Shown piece after piece: positions 1 to 12,307 of a DNA stretch of 64,000 bases. The DNA is taken from NCBI GenBank assembly GCA_951804945.1, contig OX638163.1, positions 37,448,001-37,512,000 on the forward strand, written 5' to 3'. Positions within the stretch are counted from its first letter, which is position 1. Every line of letters starts with the position of its first letter. Below the pieces are notes generated by a model. The model was not told the origin of the DNA and made no database searches. It saw only the letters and a list, made by a program, of their open reading frames with translations. A program made the position numbers and the translations under genes. The DNA is from Podarcis cretensis (lineage: Eukaryota).

Positions 1-818
1 TTGACTTTTTTTCCTTTGAAATTAAAAGACAAGCCTTGTGGAAATTCCCACCTGAAAGGTATGTTGTTCTTCTTCAGCAGGTCAACCAGATTCTTAAAAT
101 AGGTTCTTACCTCCAGAATGTATTTTGGGATGTCCTTGTAAATTTGAACAGAAGCATTTCCAATCTGAAGGGTTCTCTGGTAATGTAAGTTTAAGATTTT
201 ATCTCTTTCCTCTTTGGATCTCAAAGTTATCAGACAATCCCTTGGAATCTTCCTGCCTTCCCTTCTGCCCAATCTGAAGGCGGTTGTTATCTTAAAGTCA
301 TCTCCCTTTGAATTTACCTGCCAGAATTCTGATAACTCTTTTGTGAGAAAATCCACTAGGTTGTCCCCTTCACTTTCAGGGACCAGCCTAAATTTCAGAT
401 TCCTCTCTTTCCTCTGCATCTCCCACAAAGACAGGGCCGCCTCATGTTGGTCCAACTTCTTGCAGACTGGTATTAAACTTTCCTGTGTATTTTCAGCAGT
501 AGCTTTAGCCTCTTCTGCAATTTTTCGAATTGTAGCATTTTCTTGAACCAATTTATTTATAGTTTCTGTGTTAGATGTAATACTTTTCGTATTCAAGTCC
601 AATTTTGTTGTAAGTTCTGTCAATTGTTTGGTATTCTCCGTGCTCTGCTTGGTCAGGTTTTCTAAAGATTCATTTATTTTGCGTAATGCTTGAGTCACTG
701 ATTCCACGAATACGTTTGTTCCTTTCTCCTGTCCAGCTAAGCCTGATATTGAACCTCTTTTCTTTTGTGCAGCTTTAGCCTTAGATCTAGTTGTTATGTC
801 TTCTGCGGAACCACTCAT
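1..818 (-). CDS. L1 ORF1p (coiled coil, RRM, CTD), truncated by the window edge; absent from the ORF track because no stop lies in the window
   Basis: Manual translation from ATG at 818: MSGSAEDITTRSKAKAAQKKRGS...RKERNLKFRLVPE...DFKITTAFRLGR...RDCLITLRSKEERDKIL...IYKDIPK...IPFRWEFPQGLSFNFKGKKV, open for 272 codons. It matches copy B motifs (DFKIVTAFRLGR, IPFRWEFPQGLSFNFKGKK). Confidence 0.88.
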   Translation of the reverse strand, partial: MSGSAEDITTRSKAKAAQKKRGSISGLAGQEKGTNVFVESVTQALRKINESLENLTKQSTENTKQLTELTTKLDLNTKSITSNTETINKLVQENATIRKIAEEAKATAENTQESLIPVCKKLDQHEAALSLWEMQRKERNLKFRLVPESEGDNLVDFLTKELSEFWQVNSKGDDFKITTAFRLGRREGRKIPRDCLITLRSKEERDKILNLHYQRTLQIGNASVQIYKDIPKYILEVRTYFKNLVDLLKKNNIPFRWEFPQGLSFNFKGKKV

Positions 819-1778
819 GTCCCAAGGTCGTTCCCACAGGAACAGCTCTTAAGTGGAAAAATCCAGTGACTTGTTTTTATTTGACAGTCTATGTTACAAG
901 CTGTAGCCTTTCAACCCTCTAGAGGGAGCAATACATTATATCCAGTAAGCCGAAGAAACAAAGAAACCAAAAGCCCTCTTGGAAAAAAAGCTTTCAGTCT
1001 TCTAATTGCAACAGTATTTATTTCTATAAAGTCCCAAAAATTGTATCTGTAAAGTCCCAAAAATTGTATCAATTTTAGGCTCTCCGCTTTGCAACAGGTT
1101 CTATCAGACAGTTCCTGTCAAAGCGCTTCACCCAGGCAGTCCGTTCCCAGAGTCAGAGACAGCAGAAATTAATCACTTGAATTTCCTCTCTCGCAGGTTA
1201 AGCCAAATTTCCTTTTCTCCCCCCCCTGCTCCTGCTTGCTGGAGGGGTAGTTAAAGTTCAATGCCAAAGTTAGGTAATTCAAAAGTTCAAAGTTACTTTT
1301 CCTTCAATTGCAGCTCTCCAGTTCCGTTGCTTTAAAAGCCATGCAAACCGAGGGAGGCAGACTTCCTTTATTTACCAACCCCGTTTTCAGCCAGATTTCA
1401 AGCGTGTTTTCTTTTCGTTTTTTTGTGTGTAATCCCAGTAGGTTTCCCAATCCTACTTACGGGTATTTCAATTTCAGTCCAGATTTCAGGAAGGAATCGG
1501 CGCTCTCCGCTTATGGCGACGCGGCTTCACTTCACGGGCTGGGTAGCGACTCTCAGCACCACGATCCCCCGATGCTCCTCCGGAGCCTTTAAAAAGGCTC
1601 TTTTGCAGTAAAGGGGGGCGCAAAAGGTGCCCACCGAGTCTCCTTGTTCACAGGCTTCTGCGCCTGTGATTTTAGGGGTCTCCGCTTCGCCGTAGCGGTC
1701 AGACCCGAACTCGTGAAGCAGCCCTCTCTCCGGAGATCGGGGAGAGAGCCGCCATTCAGCGCTGGCGCCGACCGGAAG
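1..1778 (-). mobile_element. L1-clade LINE (copy A): complete 5' UTR and most of ORF1; continues beyond the window start
   Basis: Minus-strand ORF1 is homologous to ORF1 of the full-length L1 at 30253-36396. The CpG-rich 5' UTR shares many blocks with it and ends in the same CTTCCGG..AATGGCGG start. Confidence 0.9.
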
Positions 1779-2003
1779 TCCGGGTGCAAGTAGATAAATA
1801 GGGACCGCTTACCAGCGGGAAGGTAAACGGCGTTTCCGTGTGCTGCGCTGGCTCGCTAGCTGCAGCTTCGTCACGCTGGCCACATGACCCGGAAGTGTCT
1901 TCGGACAGCGCTGGCTCCCGGCCTCTAGAGTGAGATGAGCACACAACCCTAGAGTCTGTCAAGACTGGCCCGTATGGGCAGGGGTACCTTTACCTTTACC
2001 TTT
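1779..2003 (+). mobile_element. Sauria SINE, 3' part (probably interrupted by the L1 copy A insertion)
   Basis: Near-identical to the 3' two-thirds of the SINEs at 15453 and 42820; ends in GGGGTACCTTTACCTTTACCTTT. Confidence 0.9.
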
Positions 2004-2077
2004 AAGGTGAAAATAAGGCTCAACATGATAGTTTTTCTATAGGACACTAAAACCCCATATGTGTTTGCCTACAAGTA

Positions 2078-2510
2078 AGGATGGAGGAGAAATCTGATTC
2101 AGTTCACCTTTAAAGGTAATCCTAATTTACAATTTCCTAAATAATATGTGAACTGATACTTGCCCATCTATCAAAATTCACATTTCTCTTAACTTTAGAA
2201 TGGAGTTTTCCATCCAAGCAACATTAATAGAAATGCACATACTGGGATAAAGTGAGTATAATAATGTACACATGAATGAAAATGACATGCAAATATTTAT
2301 TATATTAGATAAAACTGATTTGGAAAAGTATATTGTGTAAAATTGCATACAAAATATGTATATTTGTAGATATTTACTCTAAAACAATGATCAATTTTCA
2401 TAATGATGTTTTAAAATAAGAATACAAATTGATGTGGAAATGTGAAGTGAACTTAAGAATGAAAACGTTGGAAACTGAGGGAACTCAATATTTAGTTTTG
2501 TCCATCTCTA
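2078..2510. mobile_element. Old AT-rich dispersed repeat (probable non-autonomous DNA transposon); related copies at ~4050-4470, 15095-16025, 16690-16945, 25800-26130, 26856-27090, 40820-41135, 42105-42550
   Basis: Recurrent motifs (AGGGATGG/CCATCC-like ends, CTCATGAAAATTC, AATTTCTCCTAATATA) across the listed copies. Confidence 0.55.
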
Positions 2511-2589
2511 CCAGCCAAGCTTAACTGGGTTTACTTCTGCATAGTCATACTCCTTGCAACCACTAGATATGCAATCATTGATAATATGG

Positions 2590-2795
2590 CTATCAATACC
2601 TTCTGGTCCTGATAGCTATTTCACCTCCAGTATCAGAGGAAGCATTCCAGTTCCTGTAGATGATGAGTGGATAATGCTACTGTACTCATGCCCTGATTTT
2701 ATATTTCCTGCAGGCACCTGGTGGACCACTGTGAGAACAGGATGCTGTACTAAATATGCATTTGGTCTGATCCAGCAGGGCTTCTTATGTTCTTA
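2590..2795 (+). mobile_element. CR1-type LINE 3' end remnant; similar pieces at ~22370-22487, 25530-25790 (-), 56930-57090, 59760-60010 (-)
   Basis: Shared CACTGTGAGAACAGGATGCTGG...TGATCCAGCAG...CTTATGTTCTTA 3' terminus. Confidence 0.6.
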
Positions 2796-5746
2796 AACCT
2801 TTGCTACAGGCCAGAAAGCTTATGATTCTCAAGCCATGTGACTTGTAGCCCATCCTATGTCATGTATCTTCAAAGCTTGTTTGTAGTCCCTCAGACTGGA
2901 TGATGAAAGAAGTCACTCAGATGCTCCTCTGTGCCTCCAGAACATCCTTGTGATGTCTTTCTTGCCATTTGTTTCTCCTACACTTGCTTCCTGGTTGGTT
3001 ACCTCATTTGCCACCTGTCTTGTCTAGCTCACTCTGCCTTCAACCATACAGATGTTGGCATTTGGCTTAAGGTTCTATTCCTGCTTCCTCTTTCTTTGAC
3101 GCTCACTTCTACTCCAGTGGTTGGAACAACAGCACTGAGGTGAAGTGTCTTGAAGGGGATTCATCAGTTGAGAACTCTATGAAAATGTAATTATCTCTTT
3201 CACCTCATTCCTAGCTGAAGAGCACTGCTATTCAACAGTTCTCACCAAAGCAACGATGAGGTAACTTGCTCCACAATGGAGCCAAAGCAGCAATTACAGA
3301 TGTTTATGCAAATCAGCTTTCATTTTTATAGTCAGATCATAAATCATAATTGAGAACAGAGGGACCTGCTCAAAAAACCATTTCCCACTAATAAGCACAT
3401 GTACAGCTGCTTTGAGCGAATGAATGAATGTGCCCCATTTTGTAATAACAGCGGTTGGGCCATGAGGGCAGATCCCTCCTCGAGTATCCTGTTAAATTAA
3501 GTTATGAAATTCACATGCAATCACTGGGATGTTCCCTTTAATTTTATTATGTGTGAGGGTGGCCAAGTCTTGACCCAAATAGGTCACATGGGAATTTAAA
3601 AGCTACAGGGGAAAAGAGTGGTGTTTAGCCGAGGCAAGTCCTTACATTGCAAACCTGCAAGGAGGCTATGAGCTTAAAGTGATAATTGCTTCTGTGCCAT
3701 AGGTACAGATGTCAAGAGATCGAGAACCAAGGAACTTATGAGGACAGAGAATGGAGACATAATTTATGGTTCAGGCCAGGGGGCCTGATTATATACGTAC
3801 ATATATATGAAATTGCTTTTAAAAAAATTCTTGGTGTTTTTTTTTTTTTTGTCAAATAGCTTTGAGATGTCTTTCCTAGGAAGCAATTCATAAATTGAAT
3901 GATATAAATGAAGTTTTGGGGTTGTTTGTGTGACAGTCATAGTGCTTTTGGGTAGGGAAGGATTTACTTATTTTTATTGAGGTGGCTCAGCTCAGCTGCC
4001 ATTCTGTTTCAAAGTGTGGCAAGAATTCAGTACAGTCCTAAGGCATTATTTGGAGGGGGCGGATTTGCTCCTTTTTCTAAGCCTTTCTCACCCCCCCCCT
4101 CAGACTTAAGTTCAGTTTTCCACCAGTTTGGACCCCCCCCTTAAAAAAGGTTCTCATGAAAATTCATCAGCATTTTAGTGTAAATTTCTCCCAATATACA
4201 CATTTTTGTATGCAATTTTGCCTAATATACATTTTCTCCCACAAGCAATTGACTCTAATATATTGTATTTTTGTATGCCCCCTCCAAATAATACCTTAGG
4301 ACTGTACAATTTCCCCAACCACATATGTTTTGTTTGGTTGGGAAACTTCATCACAAAATTCAGATAAGCGCAAATTTTTAAGAATAGCACAGTTCACATA
4401 TTATTTTGAGAAGTGCAAACTAGGCCTCTCAATTCACATTTTGAATGTGAACTGAATCAAATTTCTCCCTCATTGGCTTCATTGAGCCATAACACTCCAT
4501 GCTAGGAAACACTGCAACAATTTGTTGTAGGTCTTACGCTATATTTTGGCAGGGTTTCATTTGCCACCATGGTATAATTTCTGAATAGCAGATCTCATTT
4601 AATAGCTGTCATTTTTGCTTGTCTGAAAGCACTGTTACTACATGGACGAGAATGTCCGACTGATAATTGTACATAGGTGAACCATTTAACAAAAACACAC
4701 CACCAAGCACGAGATTCACATGCTTGTTTCATTTCAACACAGAACTGTGATTTCATACCTGAGGCAATAAACCAAATAGTTAGTCACAATATATATCATG
4801 GGAAACAAAATGCCTACAGGAGTCTCTAAAGGAAATTTATCAGTGACACAGAAAATGGAGTGCTCTCTTCATAGTTTGCATCAATAACATGCAGGGCACC
4901 ATGGATAATTGAAGGGCTCAACACTGATCTGTGCCAAAAACATCTTTGCTAAGTTCCAGTTGTGGGTTGTGATCTGCAGGACCCATGCAAGACATCTTGG
5001 TACCTGAGGCAAACCACAAAGTGGTGCCTCCTCGCCTCACCAGGGAAGAAGGAGTGAGGAAATATCTACATCAGAAACAAGAGGGAGGGAGAAAAATTGT
5101 CATTGAAATCTGCTGCCCCTGGGGATCCATATGCCTGAGGTGTTTGCTCACCTTGCATCATGGGTAGGCCAGGCCTGGTGATCTCCCTTCCACACAAGCC
5201 AACAGGGATTCTAAATATAACCATCAACTGAAACTTATGAACATGTGCTGTACTTGAAGCATCATCCATAAGTTGTTTCAAACATTCCTTTTTGACCATA
5301 GAAACAGATTATATTTCTATTTAAGTTAGTAACTATTTTTAAATGTACATCTATGCATCTAAATATGCTGATTCTTTTTTTTGGGGGGGGGGGATCTCTG
5401 TTATCTTATGCACAACTGGCCATCCTGCCTAAAAGGCTTTCATATGTATATGAAATCAAGGTTGTTACTTGGAAGTAACAGATTTGCCATCAAAGCCCAG
5501 GTGTTTGTTTATTCCTTTGGTTTCTTATTCATTTGCTCTCATAATGATTAATATCCTGCTTTGGAGGCCACCCAACTAATATAACAGTATCATAAAAACA
5601 AAGTAGATAAAGCCAATCTAAAAATAATCAAAACTGACAAAGACAATAACATTTATAGCTATTTTTTAAAGGACAGTTAAAACAGGCAACAAAAAATAAT
5701 GTACCAGCTACTAGAACTATACTGTGTAACATAGCTCTATAGAACA

Positions 5747-5793
5747 AGAAGAAGAAGAAGAAGAAGAAGAAGAAGAAGAAGAAGAAGAAGAAG
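5747..5793. repeat. (GAA)n microsatellite
   Basis: About 15 perfect units. Confidence 0.95.
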
Positions 5794-8700
5794 GGTTTAG
5801 GAAAAGGCAGCTAAAAGCAGGGATGTTAAAATCAGCTTTAAAATTTACTTTGTAGGGTTTTGTTGCTTTCCGGTAGAAAACTTAAAACCAGGAATAAATT
5901 TAGACATAGCTAGGAGTGTGTCTAAGGTTTCATATAGGTGTGGAGAATATTGTGTTTGCTTTCCTAATTATAATGCTAGTGCTTCTGTCCCAATTTCCAG
6001 TGTTCTTTTTACATTGCAGTAGCCATTGCATTATGGAACTGTGGTTTTTTGATTAATATACTGCCATGTTACACTTAATTTTAAATGGAAGGAAAGAACT
6101 GTACACCGGGATACCACCCCGAATTTCATCACATGAGCAGCGGTGGCATGATCAACAAAACCACAGGGAAATCACAATGCAAAACTTCCACAATTTCCTG
6201 AGCTAATGGGATTGCAAACAGATTGTTTTCAGAAAGCAATAAATACAGAAATGGGTGATAAACTTCTGCTGGATTCCACTAGATTTCCAGAAGTAGCTTT
6301 TATGTTGTGGGAAAGATCACATAAAGCACAAAAAGTGACCTGTAAAGAAATGTTGGGAAGATGAACAAAGTGAAGTCTGCACACATCTTAATTCTCTCCC
6401 TCATGAAGGCCAGGTAGGGACCAGGTAGGGACTTGCTGCCTTTTTGAGCCAAGATCTTTTGTGGGCTTTCCCCCTTCCACACCACAAGGGAATTGACAGT
6501 AAATTTAAGACAAATGCAAAAGACAATTTTCAGCATTGATTTTCAGAACGCCTTGTTTCTTAAAATGGTACATCCCGCAGGTGCAACAAACTTAAAAGCT
6601 TGGGACTAGTGTGCGCAAAGGCATTGCTAGATTGGGCCCAAGGAGAATATTTTTCACTAGAAGTTAACATGGTTTATAGTTCCTGGGAGGAATGCTTGCT
6701 TAAATTAAACTCTTTCCCTATAAACCCTTTATTATAATAGCTGCAGCCCAGGAAAGGCGAGGCAAAGCAAAGCAAAGGGCTAGAAAGACAAATGGCAAGC
6801 CATTCCTTGGTATGCGGATAATTACACAATCATTAGATGTCATTAAAAACAAACAAATTTCCACTAGTATTTGCTTACCACAAAGCCACATGATTGTGTG
6901 TGTGTGTCAGGAAATATAATAATGAGTTCTGTTTAATTTAATAGCTCACAGCTGGTGAAAGTGCAATGAGTTGGGTTCAAGGAGGAAGAGATAATTTCTG
7001 ACTCTTAGTTCCCATTTGCACTATAGATTTAAGGATATATTTTTAAGGGTGCTGAGAGTTGTGCTGAGAGCCACAAAACTGTCAATTCTTCTTCCAAGGG
7101 AACTGTGGGAATAAGGGGTCTCCCAACAACTCTTAGCATACACTAGAAAACCTCAGCATATTTTTAAAAAAACTACATTTCCCAGAATGTTGGCAGTTTC
7201 AAATGGTGTTACACTGCTATAATTGTGCAGTGATTATTGAGATTGGCATAGCTCATGTACTATCAACAGCTGGGTAGAAGAATGAAAGCCAACAGTGCAG
7301 CTTTATTGGGGTGTGGAACTGGTCCTATTAAAAATAGTATCCTTGTCTCACATCCCTTTGGTTGTCCCTTCCAAGCAAAAGCTTTCACTTTCATTTCAGA
7401 ATTATGCTTTAGAAAACTTTTGATGGAAGCTCTCCCATTTTTCTCACCTCTGCCCAATCAGCGGAACCCTTCAAAATTCTCTGTTTTAGATCATCTACTA
7501 AAGCTAGCTTCTTCACAGCTGGCAGTCCTAATCTGACCTTTTACCTAAGCAAAAAATGATGAGGATCCAAAGTTGTTATGTTAGGTGTAATATTGTCAGT
7601 GGATGCAAGTGTGGGATCAATCTTTCCCTCCCCAGTGAGGGACCTCAAAAGTAGGGCTTTCTGTTCACAGAAAAAGCCTTAATCATTAACTCTTCCCATT
7701 TCATATTGATGTGAGTTATCACTATTATAAGGACATATCCACTAAGAGTACAGAACCTGGAGGACATCAGATGGTTGACTCAGTCTATGCAACTCCTTGA
7801 AGCATTGGCCAATGGAAGGCTGCTTAACAAGGTTGTTAACCTGTCTTGCATGTTGAAAGTCCCTTTAAAAGCTTTCAGGTCAGGCTATCAAATTCATTTG
7901 TACCTAGGGCTATGTAAGGCCTGCTGTTTCACAGGAGCAAAACCCTGGGTCATGAATTCAGCCAGAGGTGTACTGTAGAAGTGTAACTGGAAGAGCAAAA
8001 CAATATTATTCCGTAGGCAGATAGACTCCAGTGTGAGTTTGACAGTCCAAATGAAAGGCTGATTATGTGTTGGGAGGGTTGGTTCATGGGAGTCATTACC
8101 CCTCAAAACTATGCAGCAAGACAACATAATCTGGACCTTTACAGTATATTGAGGATCACCTGCCCCAGTTCACTCAATATATTATCTGTGTTGTTCTGCA
8201 GATTTGGTTCACACAGTTGCTGGTTGAATGTTTTAACCTACCTAAGTTTGGCCCTCTGCACTTGTGTCCTCTTACAACTTTTACTGCCTGGCCTGGCCTG
8301 TGCTGGTCCATTTTTCTTCCTTACCCTCTCCCAGTGTGGCCCAGGGAGGTGTGAACAGATAGCAACTGCTAGTCTCTTTTTTCTTTCTCAATATTGTTGA
8401 CTTCAGTGATTTCCAGCAGCATCCAGGCTGAAAATAGGATGTTCCTCCAATTACTTCTCATTCAATTGCATTAGTCAGGTGAGGCACAGGATCAGATCCT
8501 GCAAGAATTTAGCATCTGGGTGATTTCAGAGAAGGGGTAAATATTCACATTGACATTTATTAATTTTTTATTTTTTATTTTTTAATTAAGTTTATATTCT
8601 GTCCTTCCTCCCAAGGGAGGCCAAGGCAGCAAAGAACATTGGCATCTGTAAGACTTTATTAATTTTGGGGAGAAATATAAAAACATTACTGTTTCACCCA

Positions 8701-10149
8701 GGCATTTGATGACTGAAAGATAGTGTTCCTGGTAAGCTTATAATAATCACCTCTGAGCATATGCAATTGTTTTTAATTGTTTTAAAATTGTTCTAAATAT
8801 TTTAAATGGTTTTTTAATTTTATGTTTAATTGTATTATTTTATCACTGATGTGTTTGCTGCCTTGGGCTCCTTTGGGATGAAGGGCAGGATATATATATG
8901 TAATAAATAATAGAAATAATAATAAAATTAGATCCTGCAATGATATCCAACTGAACTGTTCAAGAGAAAGGGTGAGACTTCATATTAACTTCAACATCTA
9001 CTAGCAGCAAGGATGCCAGAGATTTTATTTTTTATTTAAAGGACATAGGAGCAGAAATTGCTTATCCATTCTGTCTGGAATGGAAATCAGTAGTCACTGT
9101 TGCTGCTGCTTTCAGTCCACAAATGATACATAACTGATTATATTTTCCCCAATTTTCATTGTGTTTACTTCACAATGAAATATGTGTTGTGTTGAATAAT
9201 GTAATAATGTAATTTACACAATTAATTATGTAATTGAGTTTCTTTATTTCATCACAGTGGACAGCAGCATGATAATGTAGTTTTTGGCAGAGGACAAACT
9301 GCAGCAGAGTGAAAACAGTGCTGTGTGTGTTGTCTGACCCAATGAAACATGTAACTTTATATTTCAGAAGTGGGGGACTTGTGACTCTCCAAACTCTCAC
9401 CAATCCCAGCTAATGGTCAGAGTAGTTGTAGCCCTGCAAGAGCCGCGGGACTACTGTTTCCCCACACTTGTTAGATTCCTTGTGCCAGATTCTTGACGAG
9501 GACTTATACTGTTTGAGACAAGCGTGTGAAATTGCTTTAAAATGGAAGATGGATTTGTGTTTATGCCTGTTTAAGCTTCCTTTTTTTATATTCCAAGCAT
9601 AATGAAGAAGAACAACAAATGTGACTCCACATACCTATGGAGAACCGCGAGCTGTAGAAGTAGGTTTAGTGTTATTAAAAGTCTGCAGCTATTGTGTATG
9701 ACGATGACATATCACTGTCATTTTTCAATTGCTGGCATCTCAAACTAGAAGAAGATTAGATTACAAACTCGATGACCCTTGGTTAGGAAAATGAGATTAG
9801 AAAGAAGTTCTGCCAACTCCCTTATGGGGTAAATTATGTTATATGCCTTGTGCAATCAGAAAACCCAAGAAGGGCTCTGCCTGTGCCGATTCAAGTTTAT
9901 TCCTCTCTTGGCATAGCTCAGTGAGGGCATAAATAAACTTTACATGCGGTTAACTAAACACCACTTCCCATTTTCTGTAAAGGAAAAGACAGATTTAGGA
10001 GGAGGTGCTTAACTTTTCCCATGTCCATCACTTCGCACTATTTCACACCTCTGTGTGTGTGTGTTTGGGGTAAGCGGACAGCAGCTTGGGTATTTTGGGG
10101 CCGAGTAGTGTTGGATGTGGAAAGCAAGATACATTGGCACATACGAATC

Positions 10150-10520
10150 TGCTTTACCATTCAGATTGCATTGACCCATCTAGCTCAGTTTTGTCTGCAG
10201 TACTGGTAACGGCTCCCCAGGTTTTCAGGCAGGATTCTTTCTACTGCCCTGCCTGGTCGTGCCAGGGATTGAACTTTCTGCATGCTGAGCATGTGCACTA
10301 CAACTGAACTGTGTTCCTTCTACCTACATAAATGATGTCCAGTCCTTTTGGTTCTGAATAGAAAAAAAGAACTGGTTTAAATATGATGATAGGAAACTGA
10401 CGTAGGTCCATCTGGCTCAGTATTAAGTCATACTTTAGACAGCCCTGCCTAGAGAGGTGGGGGATTGAACCGGGGATATTCTGCATGCAAAGCAGGTGCT
10501 TCACCAGTGAGCTAGTCCTT
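10150..10520 (-). mobile_element. Two degenerate tRNA-derived SINE remnants; related copies at ~51455-51600 (+), 54780-54960 (-), 60255-60410 (-)
   Basis: Reverse B-box-like GGGATTGAAC and TTCTGCATGC head motifs, plus CATCTAGCTCAGT body. Confidence 0.55.
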
Positions 10521-12118
10521 TCCAGTGTATCCACTCCCTAATGGTGTTTCTGTTTCTAAATTTTCTCCCATTGAAGCTACTTTCTTTTCTTTTTCAAAAT
10601 ATTAAGGAGGTTTAATCTACATTGTGATTGATTGTCCACATTTACACACCACCTTTCCATGAAGGTCCCTCAGGTAATTTACATTTAAAAGCAAAGCAAA
10701 GCAAATACCGTAAATGGTATACCATGTAGGGCAAAGGAGTCATTTCAGGCAAAGGTGGCTGGTGTCCACTGGGGCTGGTAGGGTGGAAGGCAGAGGGGCC
10801 AAAAGAAGGTGGAACCAGAGCCAATGACAGGCAGACCCAACTAATTTTAGCTCTGCCCACACCTCCTTCCAGCTGAGTTCAGGAAGAGCAAAACTGAACT
10901 GAGAAGAAAAAACTGGTAGGCAGCTAAGTCAGTATCAAGTAAGAAGGGAGGCATGTGAAGTCTGGTTGAGGTTGGTGGGGCAGAGTCCCATTTACCTAAC
11001 ATATCTAATGGGGAACAGCAGCAGCATTCTGAGCAATGTTAGGAGGTTTTCTTCCACAATGTCTACATTTTAGTATTGCTATGTTGGAAATTTAAATGGC
11101 ATCTCACTCTCTTCTGTACCCTGATGGAATGGTTGCCTATGTTCAAACATATACAGACAAATACACATATACATATACATATATATTCATTATTTAAATA
11201 AATATTTTATTTACTGTACAAATTCTTAGATTTGCATCAAACATTATATAGCTTTATTTAAGAGCTATTAAAGGTGCCTTTCAAAATATAAATATATTTA
11301 TGGTGCAAAAATATAACAGCGACAATGATGGCGATGACTGCATTTCAAAACAAACATCTGGATTCGCAGTTAAAATGCTAAAGCAGAAAAAAGCAGTATA
11401 ATCCTTTCATTTCAATCCAGCTGCCCTATCAGAAGATCTAAAAACCCGAAGCCACAACCCGGATATCTACTTGCCTTGTGTCTAGGACAGCATATTTCAG
11501 CTTCCCCTTCCCTTCAGCTCCTTCATCAGCAGGAGCAAGAAGTTGAAAGCACATTAAACAAACTGTTTGTGTCAATGCTGCTTGACCCTTCCATGCGCCA
11601 GGGCCTCACCGAGGCCAGGAGTGGGCGTAGCTGACTGTAGACTTGAAGCATTTGTCCACCAGCTTGAGGTCTCCGGGGTCAGCATTCAGAGGTGGAAGAG
11701 GCCACAACAAGAAATTGCTGCCAGGGTGGAAGCTGAGCCCTGAAGAATGGCAATGCCAGTGCTCACATGTACAGGATTTTTAAAAAGCATCCACCAAAAG
11801 AAAAGAAAAAGAAAAAGTCCAAACAGGAACAGCAATTTAACAGAATGGGGCTAATTTGAATATGTGCAGCAATCTGCTGTACAAGATATAGGCCCAAAAT
11901 ATCATCAACAGGGAGTGGGGGAAAGAGATTTGATTCAGGTCACACCTCTAGACAACTTTCCGGTATCCACATGCCAGTGGATGACATGGCCAGAGCAAAA
12001 GTAGGCAGAGACATGAATATGAATGGGTGCCTTTGTTTCAACACACATTTGAACAGGCCTCTCCTCCATCAACCCAGGCAAGTAAGAAGCAATTATCCAG
12101 AGGGTATAACCCAGAGAG

Positions 12119-12307
12119 CATAGGAGCCAACTCCTAGGGGCCGAGGGGGTTTCAGCCCCCCAATAAAATATTTGAAGGAGCCAGTCCCCCCCCCCCAAGT
12201 TGATGGGCATTGCCATTCAAATGGGGTGTGTGCACCAAGTCATGTGATCAATTATGTGGGGCGGAGCTTACCTGCCCCCTCATATTTTATCCACGTTGGC
12301 ACCCCTG
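12119..12307. mobile_element. Non-autonomous hAT transposon (MITE)
   Basis: Perfect 8-bp TSD CCAGAGAG (12111-12118, 12308-12315); imperfect TIRs CATAGGAGCCAAC / GTTGGCACCCCTG. Confidence 0.85.

Noticed and set aside
214-546. Plus-strand ORFs overlapping L1 coding regions (also 33601-33891 etc.)
   Set aside because: Antisense shadows of the A-rich L1 ORFs.
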